64,000 bases of DNA from Leucoraja erinacea (Eukaryota). Location: positions 46,996,001-47,060,000 of the forward strand of contig NC_073379.1 of NCBI RefSeq assembly GCF_028641065.1, written 5' to 3'. Below, in pieces: positions 25,051-37,004 of this stretch; the stretch's first letter is position 1; every line of letters starts with the position of its first letter. A model generated the notes under the pieces. It worked only from the letters and a program-made list of their open reading frames with translations. It ran no database searches and had not been told where the DNA came from. The position numbers and the translations under genes were made by a program.

Positions 25051-25280
25051 CATAGAAATTAGGTGCAGCAGTAGGCCATTCGGACCTTCGAGCCTGCACC
25101 ACCATTCAATATGATCATGGCTGATCATCCAACTCAGTATCCTATATCTGCCTTCTCTCCATACCCCCTGATCCCTTTAGCCACAAGGGCCACATCTAAC
25201 TCCCTCTTAAATATAACCTATGAACTGGCCTCAACTACCTTCTGTGGCAGAGAATTCCAGGGATTCACCACTCTCTGTGT
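25051..25280 (-). mobile_element. HER1-like CR1 3' end inserted in DIRS
   Basis: Reverse-strand tail; GTGAA on both flanks; near-identical to 59957-60138. Confidence 0.85.
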
Positions 25281-25479
25281 GAAGACTTCAAAGCTCTGTG
25301 ATTTTATGCCGTGATACGAGTCCATGCGTCACACACTGCATCAGTTGACCCAGGATGAGTGAATAATAAATAATGTATAGAAACATGACATAGATTTAAG
25401 CATGTTGATGCTTTAATTAGCAAAAGAAAACAATAGCGACCCCTCTCTTCCAGGGGGAAGTTATAAAACAGAATCTAAA

Positions 25480-26741
25480 ATGGAGTGGGAAAATACCCCC
25501 AGTCTGGCAAGAGGTTTATTATAAAACGTTTGAAAAGTCAGTTCATTTGACCATCCTGCGACCGAGGATATGGTCAGGAGGGACGTCCAGTACCCTCGCT
25601 GCTGACGTTGATGCCGCCCTGGTGGAGTGAGATTTAAAAATGTCAGTGTCTACTCCCACACAAGCCAGAAGCTGTTTCAGCCACCTTGAAATGGTCTGTA
25701 CCGACACCTTCTTATGAGGCTTTTTGTGACTGATGAATATCATTAATTCGGAGCCTCTGAGGCCCTTGGTGACCTTGATATACTGCTGTAAGTGCGTAAC
25801 TACACACAGCCGAAGGTCCATGGGGTATGCCGTAAAAATAAGTTTGAGCCCTGACGCCCCTGGTCTGCTCTGCTTAAATAAATCATAAACATAAAACGTT
25901 ATGGTATTTACAGATGAAACCATCCTGTCCAGTCACAGCTTCTGCAATGCCTGGACCCGTTACGCTAAAACCAGTGCCATGTGCATGACCACTTTGAGAG
26001 TGAGTTTGGGCAAAGACAGGGATGTAGCTGGAGTCCACTGAAAAAATGATTGAAATGAAATGATTCAATTTATTGTCATTGTCAGTGTACAGTACAGAGA
26101 CAACAAAATGCATTTTTAGCATCTCCCTTGAAAGGGAGACACAGAGCGTCGGGAGACACAGAGCGTCGCGGTGTGCCCGCGCCTGCCGCCGTAACATTCC
26201 ATTACAGGCAAAGGTGGGTGAAGTGTCTTGCCCAAGGACACAACGACAGTATGCACTCCAAGCGGGATTTGAACCGGCTACCCTCCGGTCGCCAGCCGAA
26301 CTCTTAGCCCATTGTGCTATCTGTCGTCCTTAACACTGGCGAAGCAGCGTGAGTACCACACTCACATCCCAAATTTCCGAGTACCTGGGCCTGGGGGGGA
26401 TTAGAGTTAAAAATACCCTTCATGAACCTGGATATTAAAGGGTGAGACCCAACAGAGTGTTGTCCCAATCCCAGCCATAAGTACGATGATGAGGCACTCC
26501 TGGCACTGTTGATGGCACTATAGCTTAGTCGCTCATCAAAATATAGTGTAGAAATAAATTCCAACACATCCGATATGCGTGCCGTGTGATATGATATGTT
26601 CGACTGTGAGCAGAACACCTCCCATTTCTTAATATGAGAGATGTACTGTTTTTTGGTACTATCCCTCCAGGCCGTGGTGATCACATCCACGGTACAATCT
26701 GATAGTCCGAGCCCCAGGTACGGTCTCCTCAGAATCTGCAA
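25480..26741 (-). pseudogene. DIRS tyrosine recombinase (frameshifted, interrupted)
   Basis: AWRDSTKKQY..., LSYSAINSARSA, LCVVTHLQQY, HSTRAASTS (HxxR), then AGWSNELTFQTFYNKP containing the catalytic Tyr in a shifted frame. Confidence 0.88.
26041..26333 (-). mobile_element. Young tRNA-derived CORE/AFC-like SINE with Rex1-type tail
   Basis: A box TAGCACAATGG (26319-26309), B box GGTTCAAATCC (26275-26265), core GTGTCCTTGGGCAAGACACTTCACCC; TSD CACTG. Confidence 0.85.
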
Positions 26742-26975
26742 ACCAATTGATTAACACGGTTATGTAGTGGATGGTTCTCCCCACTAACAGGGTGAACCAG
26801 CTGGTTACTGCGTTTGGGGACAGCCATTAGAGGCTGTGTTATTATTCCCAGAACGAGTGGAAACCATGGCTGTGTAGGCCAGTCGGGTACTACCAAAACG
26901 CCTGAGGCAGAGTCCTGCTTGATCTTGAACAAGCACCGACTGATGAGGCAAAATGGGGGGAATGCATATAAAAAC
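26729..26975 (-). pseudogene. DIRS N6-adenine methyltransferase-like domain remnant
   Basis: YAFPPF-like motif (frameshifted), then GVLVVPDWPTQPWFP. Confidence 0.8.
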
Positions 26976-27634
26976 CATGTGCTCTAATTTTAGTCACCAG
27001 TCTCCCGTACGGGACCTTATCAAAGGCTTTCTGAAAGTCTAGATACACTACATCCACTGGCACCCCTTCATCCATTTAACTTGTCATATCCTCAAAAAAT
27101 TCCAGAAGATTAGTCAAGCATTTCCCTTTCATAAATCCATGTTGACTTGGACTAATCCTTTTACTGCTATCCAAATGCCCCATTATTACCTCTTTAATAA
27201 TTGACTCCAGCATCTTTCCCACCACCGAAGACAGGCTAACTGGTCTGTAATTCTCTGTTTTCTCTCTCGCTCCTTTCTTGATAAGTGGGATAACATTAGC
27301 TATCCTCCAATCCACAGGAACTGATCCTGAATCGATTGAACATTGGAAAATGATCACCAATGCGTCCACTATTTTTAGAGCCACCTCTCTGAGGACCCTG
27401 GGATGCAGACCGTCTGGCCCTGGGGATTTATCAGCCTTCAGTCCCATCAGTCTACCCAACATCATTTCCTGCTTAATGTGGATTTTGTTCAGTTCCTCCG
27501 TCACCCCAGATCCTCTGGCCACTACTATATCAGGAAGATTGTTTGTGGCCTCCTTTGTGAAGACGGATCCAAAGTACCTGTTCAACTCACATGCCATATC
27601 CTTATTCCCCATAATAAATTCACCTTTTTCGGTG
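26972..27634 (-). mobile_element. CR1 ORF2 reverse transcriptase fragment
   Basis: KSPGPDGLHPRVL, NYRPVSL, QHGF, VYLDFQKAFDKVP. Confidence 0.93.
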
Positions 27635-27677
27635 TAATAATGTAATAATTCAGTCTAATAATAATAATAATAATAAT
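27635..27677. repeat. (TAA)n microsatellite
   Basis: Directly visible. Confidence 0.85.
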
Positions 27678-28683
27678 GTCATATTAACAAATGCCAGATG
27701 TATCCCAGGTATCCTCAGCCAAAACTACCACCATAAGTTAATATTCCATTGACAGCTACTGCTCTTTCTCCTCTATAAATCAGGCTATTGAACAAACCTC
27801 TCATATGCTCTGAATGTGATCATGATCTACTGATCTGCCTCAGTGCGGTCCTTGGCGGTGTGCTCTGTTTCCTTTCACATTTTGCACTACCTGCTGTACT
27901 TATGCATGGTTGGATTGGACTCATGGACTCATGTATGGTATCATTTACATGGATAACATGTAAAACAAAGGTTTTTTTTTTAACTGTGCATGATAATAAT
28001 AAACTAATATCCTCTTCTTTAAAAAGGATAAAATTAGGTTCATGTAGCAATAACAAATTTGACTTATTCCGGTTTTGTTTGCAATACAGGTATATACATT
28101 GAAAATTAAAATGTCCTCTCTCCAGTGCTCTAAATGAAAAATGCAATTTGACTCATTCAAAAACATTGATATATCGAACAGGAATATTCTGACCCTATGT
28201 ATTTACAGCAATTCCACAGGAGATCTCAAGTTTAGTTATTGGGTATTTAAACTTATTTGCATGCTACCATGCTTACTTTGACTTTTGTGGTTTAAATTCA
28301 GCTTGCAACATGTCTGTTTAAACTATTAACACGCTGTCCTGCCAAAGGAGGCACACCATGCCCTGGAGATCAATTTGTTTGTTGGCATGCTGTCTTAATT
28401 ATAATCAACAGATGTAGGTTAATTGTGCATTGCTATGCATGTTATCAGGGGTTATTCCATTTAGCCGCCTTTGACTTACTGGAAGCTCACAGGAGATATG
28501 GTGTGAGTGTGAGTTTAAATCTTATTCTGTGTGTGTAACGTAGACAAGATTCTAATATTCAGCCAGGAAGTGTAATGCATATAAAACTATCTTTGTCTTT
28601 CTTCACAAAAGTCCTGCAATGTTACTACCTTACCTTCTTTTGTAGCTTTGATAACCAAATCATTTTCCTGAAAATTATTACAT

Positions 28684-28776
28684 CTGAAAAGAAGGGTCTC
28701 AACCCAAAACGTCACCCACTCCTTCTCTCCAGAGATGCTGCCTGCCCGCTGAGTTACTCCAGTTTGTTGTGTCTAT
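28684..28776 (+). mobile_element. Penelope pLTR fragment
   Basis: GAAGGGTCTCAACCCAAAACGTCACC...AGAGATGCTGCCTG. Confidence 0.7.
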
Positions 28777-29819
28777 GCTTAATTTAATACTGTTTTATCA
28801 GAATTGGGCAATTTAGACCACAAACTAATCTTAATTTAAAACATCAAATACAAGTAGTTCACTGGCATTACAGATTCTGATATTTCTTGATATTATTTCT
28901 GTTCAATTGATCTGACATGATCTAATCTACAGCTTAATGCAAAAGCTCACAAAGCAATAAGGCTCTTTGCCTAGAACTTGTGCACCGTGAACTTACATTT
29001 TGCATTAAAATTAAATTACATGGTACATTTCAAATTTCAGTATTTTACTATTTGAATGTGAAGCTTTGTACTTCCAATTTTACTGCTATTTTCTAAAGTG
29101 ATTATGTCTTGTGTCAAATTAAAGCATGAGAATACATTCTTAAAGTAAAGGTCCTGAATTACAAGATTTAACCCAAACATGATTCCCAATGTACTAGCAA
29201 GCTGTGGCACCATAGTTTACAGGGTTAAACACAAAAGGGTCGTTATTCAATATCAACATATGTGCTTATCAACATATGTGTTTCCCTTGCAGCATAGTTC
29301 AAGGTTGGCAAGAACAAAATAGGTTTTTTGATATATTTAACCAGTTAAGAGACCCATTCGCATTATATTTATGGGTAGGGAATGAGTGGTGATGCTTGTC
29401 AGTGGTAGATAAAGCAGGAAACGTCAGAAAAATACTGATTTCCCCTGTTAAATTCGACAAGTTTTTATCCAAATACCTCTGCCCTCTCTGTTGCTTAGCA
29501 GCTGATGAGAATGAGGGGCAGAAGTAGCCAGTGGTACATGGCAACATCTGAGCATCAATATCTAGAGGGCTGCCACTGAAAAGAAGGATGATGCAATAAA
29601 TTGTAGTGAATGGCAGAGAGAGTGGGACATCTGAAGGGATTGGTATCTGAGAGAACTGGGGTTGGATCGAGTGAATTAATCACATGGAAAGGAGCGATCA
29701 TGTAGGGTTTTTTGAAAGATCAGGAGAAGGTGGGGAGGTGGGAGGAAGGGTAGGTGGAATAGGTAGGGGTAGGGACTGCCAGTTTAGAACCACAACTGTC
29801 TGAAAAGTTTTATCAATGC

Positions 29820-30110
29820 AGGAATGAACTGCAGATGCTGGTTTACACCAAACACAGACACAACATGCTGGAGTGATTCAGTGGGACAGGCAGCATCTCT
29901 GGAAAGAAGGAATGGGTGATGTCATGACCCTTTTTCAGACTGAGAGTCGGGGGAGTGGGAGACTAGATATATGGAAGGGTAAGTTGTGAAACCAACAGAT
30001 CAAAGCAGACAATTAATAAGGAAATGTAGAATGGCTCATTGTTGGCTGAGGAGAAGAAGACAACGAATCATACACCCAGTAAAATTAATCAGGAGGACAG
30101 TGAAACAAGT
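29820..30110 (-). mobile_element. Penelope pLTR fragment
   Basis: GAACTGCAGATGCTGG...GCAGCATCTCTGG...TTCAGACTGA. Confidence 0.65.
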
Positions 30111-30739
30111 GGGGAACTATCAGTCTTGGGGTTACAAGGGTCCATTTGAATGCTGGGTTTCCTGTGTCTTCGGAAATCATCACCAAAGGGAACATTTAAC
30201 TGACTCCCATGACCCGAGACATGCAATCTCAGTTGAATAGTAGAATTACTAACCACAAAGTTTTGCAACATCCTCATACCTCCACTACACCTATTATTAA
30301 ATTATATTCCACAGATAGAGCCTCTGTGTAGCAGTGTTTATCTTGCAAAAGAACATTGATCTCTTCCTTTGCTGTTTTCTCCTCTTTTATTTCTACATTT
30401 CTTTTACTCTTGTTTATTTTTCTGGCTTGGCATTGGTTACTTGTCTTTTCATTCATCACTTCTTGCACTTTTTGTTTCTTGCAATCCATAACTCCTCTCC
30501 TCCATATCCTTCCTTTTTATTCTTTGCAGTTCTCATCTCCTCAGTAGTCTCTGGCCATTTGTCACTTCCGTACCACTGGAGCTGTCAGAATAGCTCTGGG
30601 CAAGATTTGGGAAGAGAGCTTTCAAACTGAACTGGGAGTTTTTGTTATTATTAATACTTTATCAGCTTTTTCCTTACAAGTTAAATTAAATGACTACTTC
30701 AGAGAAATCAACCACAGTGGTGCAAAGTTTGAGCCACAT

Positions 30740-31220
30740 ATAGGCCAGCATGAAGAAGTGTTGCAGTTTCCCTTCTCAACTAGGAGTCTTTTGAAAGAGA
30801 GATAGGGAGAGTTCAGGACCAGCATGTTCCTGTTAGAATGAAGGGCAAGGCTGGTACTATTGTTCAACCCTGGTTGATGAAGGATATTGCGGATCAACAA
30901 TGCATTTCGTTGTCTCTGTACTGTACACTGACAATGACAATTAAATTGAATCTGAATCTGAATCTGATCTGGTCAGGACGTACATGTTAAAAGAAGAAAG
31001 TATATGTCAGGTAAGGATTCAAGCAAATCCCTTGAGTATATGGGATGTAAGAGTATGCTGACACTACTGATGGTTTTTAAAAAGGTACATAGAAAGGAAA
31101 GTTTAAGAGGATATGGACCAAATGTACCCAAGTGGGACTATCTCAGATATGCAACTTGGTCAGTATGGACAAGTTGAGCCGAAAGGCCTGCTTCCATGCT
31201 ATAAAGCTCGGTGACTCTAA
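30740..31220 (+). mobile_element. Degraded CR1 pieces with an inserted Rex1-type tail (about 30897-30966)
   Basis: CR1-like sequence on both sides; the tail ends in (TGAATC)n and is flanked by GATC. Confidence 0.6.
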
Positions 31221-31509
31221 AAATAAGTTAATAAGCCAAATAAAATGTTATGACACTGACAGGTTCACAATTACTTTTTTTCAGTATTGAAAACATTTTC
31301 ATCTCCACACATTTTCAGCAGATTTCAAATTCTCACATTGTCATGATGGGGCATAGATTCATTTTATTAATGTTTCAAGATTTGGCATATCATAAACACC
31401 TCGCTGCAAGCTAACTCAAGTTAAGTGTTTGGCATGTTGCGATGATGTTCCAGAGAGTGGTTGAACAATACCAAAGATTTGTGACTAAATTGCATGATTC
31501 ATTATATAT

Positions 31510-31602
31510 TTTAGTTTTAGTTTTTACTTTTAGTTTTAGATACAGAGCGCAAACAGGCCCTTCAGCCCACCGAGTCCCCACCGACCAGCAATCCCCGCAC
31601 AT
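31510..31602 (-). mobile_element. HE1-like SINE 3' fragment
   Basis: (TTTTAG)n plus ACAGGCCCTTCAGCCCACCGAGTCC. Confidence 0.8.
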
Positions 31603-33644
31603 TATGTCCGGTATTACGTGTTAATTGATATATACCAGCCTGATATTTGCCGCTGACCAGAAAATGATTCAAAGAATGTTTATGGCATAGCACAAACATC
31701 TCAGTTCATGTGTTACTTAAACAAATAGCCAGTACACAACAATATCAATGTTTTCATAGCACCTCAGGGAGAACCATGCCTGTTTTATGATGGTATCTAA
31801 ATCGATGGGAGTCATTCATTCTTTCTAAAGTTAATAGGTGTCTATTATTTTCTGTAAGTTGTACACTGTAATGATTATTTTCCCTTGAGTCAGACTCAAG
31901 AATAGTACATCGATACAATCCTGAATCTGATAATGTTGTGCTTGATACCAAGCCCATTAACTTTACTCCCACTAAAACTTTGATTTTCGAACTGGGGATG
32001 GGTTTGGCAGTACAGAGTACATGGTAAAGTTAGAAGGGAATGCAATTCTAATAATATGTATACTCATGTATAACTATCTTGGATGATGGTGGCTGAGGCA
32101 CAATGACGTCTAATCCTTTTGAAGTTGGACAAGATACGAATAACTGTGGACCTCAGAGCTATGATATGCCTACATGTGGAGAAAAATAGTTTTGCACTGC
32201 AAATGCATGAATAGGTAATGCCTAATATATTTGGCATTCAGTTCATTTTGTGATTCAGGAAAGGTCCAAAATGGCAGTAGGGTCTCAAGATTGTGCATTA
32301 ATGAGGTTGTTATGGAGGACATGTGCTTCACTTCCAGGGCATAGCTTCATCAACTCTCACTGTACGAGGACAGATTGTATGATGGTTGGAAATACAACTA
32401 GGGAAAAGGTCTCAACACTTCTGTGCTGAAAAGAGTGGCTATGGTGATCCATGCCAACCCTTCCTTCCTCCCCATGCTCCTTGATGTTGAATGCTTACTT
32501 TCTGGCAGGCCTTTCACTGTGGCAAGCATCTTGACACATTGCATGCCATTGTAGATAGCATCAGATATACTCTGCAGGCAGCTTCACACAAATTCTCAGC
32601 TGCGTTTTCTGGAGCAGGATTTATATAGTGTATGCCATCTTGCCTTCCTGGAAGCTGGCAACTGAGCAAATCTTTCCCACCTCCAATGCGTACAATAACT
32701 TATGTACATGGAGACTGGATCTCCATGTACATAGTTACGAGTGTCTGATCAAATGATGGGTGCCTTCATCTTCGCTCTCCTGCTGCTGAGTCTTAGGTGG
32801 AGAGAGGATGTGGGAGGAGGTGGCAGTATATACGGATATCAGAAAGGGAAAAGGCATAAGGGTGACCTTTGGGTGTTAGGATGCTGTGAAGTGTGGGATG
32901 CATCAACTCCAGCTTGCAATCAGAAGAGATTGTGAAATGAGGGTGGAAGTGGGGCTTGAGGAAGATTCAGTTTGAGCACAGCATCTCCTTTACTATTCTC
33001 ATTCTGCCCGTCCAGAGGTACCCTTTCCGATAGAGTGTGAAATTACATTCACAGCAAAATCTGCTGGTTTATGTTGCCAATAACATTTTTTATTATCATT
33101 CATTTAGTTGCAAGCCATTGTTATCATTGACAAGGGCAGAATTCATAACCCATCCCAAACATCCTTGAGGAGGTGGTGATGAGCTGCCTTCTTAAACCAT
33201 TGCTTTTATCCACCTGAAGGTAGTCTGACAGTGTTTATTTCATATAATAGCATGCCACCTTGTTCTGGAAGGGAGAGAACAGAATGACAGTGAGTCATAT
33301 AATGTGTTTAGATGACATTATTACTGTTGTTTCAATGACTTGTACTGTATATAAAATGAAGTGGATGTGAAACTCATTTTTTTTAATAAGCCTTATCTCA
33401 AAGTTCAGAGTGATGGTAATTGGTAGCAGTGACTGGGATTTAAGGGATTGAGTAGTATGTGAGGGATTGCATTTAAAGAGGCATTCACCAACTTGACTCC
33501 CATCTATGAAATCATTATATTTCTTTCTGCTGTGTATCTACGTTGTTGGGGTTTATTTTGCGCATTGACCTCAAAAATGTGGTTCCTTCACTCTTGTCTT
33601 AACATTTGCCTGGAAGCTTCCTTGGACCCTTGTAGGTGGCCCTC

Positions 33645-33785
33645 AGGTTATGGTGTCAGAGGTTATAAGGAGACGGCAGGAGAATGGGGTTAGGAGAGAT
33701 AGATTAGCCAAGATTGAATGGCGGAGTAGACTTGATGGGCTGAATGGCCTAATTCTGCTCCTATCGCTTACGATCTTATGATCTT
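33645..33785 (+). mobile_element. HER1-like CR1 3' end
   Basis: Conserved tail. Confidence 0.8.
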
Positions 33786-34014
33786 CTCCTCTACATCATT
33801 TTCCAAGACATCCAATACCGTGTTGGAAATTCTGGAGGCTCTTTTCCACCCACGTTCTCTGGAATGATTGTAAGCATCTCTGACCACGATGGGCGTGGCT
33901 GAATTTTAGGATGTGCTGCTGGTCTAAATCATCAATAGCTCTAGCCATTCGCAAATTTGGGCTTTGAAAAGGTGAAATAATGCCAAAAACAATGCAATTT
34001 GCGAGTTGTTGAAA

Positions 34015-34470
34015 TCAAGACAGTCAAGAGTGTCAAATTGATATTACACTGGAATTCTTACTTGCTGCAGCTTTACAGGCACATTAACACAACAACACGA
34101 CAAATAAATATATAATAAACAATAACAGTATAAATTATCAGTTATACTCGGTAACCAGACCAAAATAGAAAAAGGCAAAGTATGTAGTACAACCTATAAA
34201 AACATAGTAGCTCTTTGCTGAGATCGGGTTGTACATGTGGTTCAAGAACCTTATGGTTGCCGGATAGAAGCTGTTCTTGAACCTAGAGGTCATGGTTTTG
34301 CAGGAGTTTTCAGGCTCCTGCACCTTCTTCCCAATGGTAGCAGTGCGATGAGCGTATGGCAGGGGCTGTCGTGTCAGTCTGATGATACTAATTGCCCTTT
34401 TGAAGCAATTTTGAGTTACTGAGCCAGGCTGTGATGTAGCCAGTCAGTGTGATCTCTACCAGACACCACT
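34015..34470 (-). mobile_element. Rex1/Babar LINE 3' fragment
   Basis: KTMTSRFKNSFYPATIRFLN. Confidence 0.75.
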
Positions 34471-37004
34471 ATAAACCATGATGATAAGCAGGCAGCACAA
34501 ATTTGACATTCAGATGTTTAGTCAGCTCTCCTAATATTCCATTACAGGGGCTAATTATGTGCTTGTGTACCATTAAATTATAACACAAAAATGATTCCTG
34601 TGCTCTATTTGAAGTGGTATCCAGTTTACCTCCCTTCTTTTCCTAAGTTTGAGCCTGTAGTTGTAGTTGAACTTCACTTGCTGCTTGCTGACATGTCACT
34701 TGGAGTTGTGGTAATGTCTTACAACAGCAAGAATTTGTAAGCATAATTAGCGGAAAAGATTCATGCCAATATTATTATTACCATGGTGCAAAAATATGTG
34801 CATAGAAACATTTAAAAAAACCCTGGGATTGTTTTCCAAATAAATGCCATGCAGATGCTCTGCAAACTAATAGATTAAAAGCTACTTGGAGGGAGATCAC
34901 ATTAAGCTCAATGATTAAAGGGATGTTTGGAATTGTTTTAAATGGTTTGATTTTGCTTGGCTGCTGACAAAAATTCATCATTCACTCCAACCAGCTAAGG
35001 TAGTAAATATATGATGAAAGGGACCAGTGGGCCTCTAGCGCTTGGTTACAGCTACTGCTAATGCATTCGATAAGTAGAGTTTAAATGCTGGAATTAGTGT
35101 AGGATTGCTATTTACATGACACAATTTTCAACTGCCACTGATAACTTTATGACTCAAAATATAAATGTCACAATGAATTTCAGAGGTATTTTACTAAGAA
35201 GATAAAAAGCATGGAAACGAGGCTTGGCTTGATAAATTGCTTCAATATAGCTTTCAATATACATCAATGTGATCAGTGGATATCCCCTGAATCAGGATAC
35301 CTGGAACTTGGTCAGCTACAGTGGTACTAAACATTCATCACAAAACCTCTGCAGAATCACTAAATTCCTTCTATGCATTGTGAAGTTCGCTTGAAGAGCA
35401 GGACAAAGAGTAGGACAATATAAAATACAACACCCACTCAGTATAAAGCAAATCTGAAACAGTAAAACACCTAAGGTGGCTTGCTTGTATATTATTTCAC
35501 ACTGAGCTGCATGAGAGAATAACAAAAAGCAGCAGTAGTGAGAGAAGGCTGAGGAAAGAAGAGGCAGAGGTTTAGTGAAAGAATTCCAGACTCTCCATTC
35601 TATGTCGCTGGAGGTATTTCCCCAGTAGAACAGTAATGAAGATTGGAAGCATGAGGCATTGGCAGGATTTGAAAAATGTTGTTCAGAATTATAAAATTGA
35701 GGGTGGGATTTGTCATTGTATCACGTATTATGCTTGAAGACTCCGTTTCCTTACATTATTTGTAATTTGTTTCAATCAATGCGATGACCTTGCACACATT
35801 TTCTGAATTATATCTTGTCAAGCAGTAGCCTAATTTCATTTACAATGATGAAGTGCATGATTATTTGAACTAAAAATCTGAAGTCACACAGGCTCTATAA
35901 GAAATTTGCCTTCCACAAGGCATTCTGGTCAATTAATAACCAATAAACAAATTAATTGTACATAGTCTTTCTAAATATTAAAAAAAAGATTAGCCACAAT
36001 AACTAAACAAAAATTTAAACAGCACCCCAAAGTGAAATAATTGTTTGAAGGAATCAATTAACTTTATCTTGACTTCTCATACCTTTGCCCCTGTATCCCA
36101 TTGAAATCAATACAGTTGCAGATCCTCATCCAGATCCCTTGTGGACCAGTGTCCAAAAGCTGATTTCTGTTCTATTATTGGAAACCCTCAGCGATACTAT
36201 GCACTGTGTGGAATCCCGTGACAAGCCAAATGGATGGGTTCAGCATATAAAATATGTCAATAGGTTTAGAACTTCCATATTTGACAGTATATGTGCAGAA
36301 CTAAACCCACCAGTGTTTAAATTGCCAGTCACTGACTGTTTCAGTCAGAAGGACCAGCATTAACGCAAGTAAACTGTGTTTATGCGAGCAAGAAACATTT
36401 GGCATAGACAAAATTGGGGATTAACAATTAAAGCTATACATTTGCTATAAAATAGAAATGTTTTCCAAGGAATGTAACAAATATTGTCCTTCAAACATGA
36501 TCATGGCTGATCTGAGTTAGATCTCACTTTTACACCTATCTATACACTATGCAACTCAGGAAATTACAGGAAATTACTTAAATTGGTGAATAAATTCCCT
36601 AGTTCTGGTTATCCCAATTAGATAAAATATCCTCTCAGTATTTATTATGCCACGTCACCATTCCCCTCAGATTCTTATTTGTTTGGGGAAGATCACTTCA
36701 TTCTTTAAAAGTTTAATGAGTGGAGGGTCAAACTTTTCATAAGACAATTCTCATATTCCAGAATTTAATTGTTAAACCTTCTTGCAACTTCCTCTAATGT
36801 TATCTATCTGTAATTAAGTGCAGATACCATAGTAATATGCTGTACGCTATCTGTGGCCCTACCAACATGATGCACATTTGTAGCAATATTTCTTTACTTC
36901 CACATAAAAACAATTTTGGACCACTTAGGCCAAACTAGTGACCATTTTTGGGTTGAATTTGGCCCGAATTTGGCCCGTTGGAAATTGGCCCGAATACTTA
37001 CAGA

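Larger units (their letters stand above)
24715..26975 (-). mobile_element. DIRS1-like tyrosine-recombinase retrotransposon, 3' half
   Basis: YR and methyltransferase-like remnants; about 75-bp inverted repeat 24715-24785 / 24942-25019 (ICR versus terminal extension); ends in TTT on the minus strand. Confidence 0.9.

Noticed and set aside
29720-29780. G-rich tract as a functional G-quadruplex
   Set aside because: Irregular G runs and no supporting context.
36085-36363. 92-aa ORF, or a minus-strand exon ending at a GTATGA donor
   Set aside because: No recognisable protein and no convincing acceptor with an open frame.
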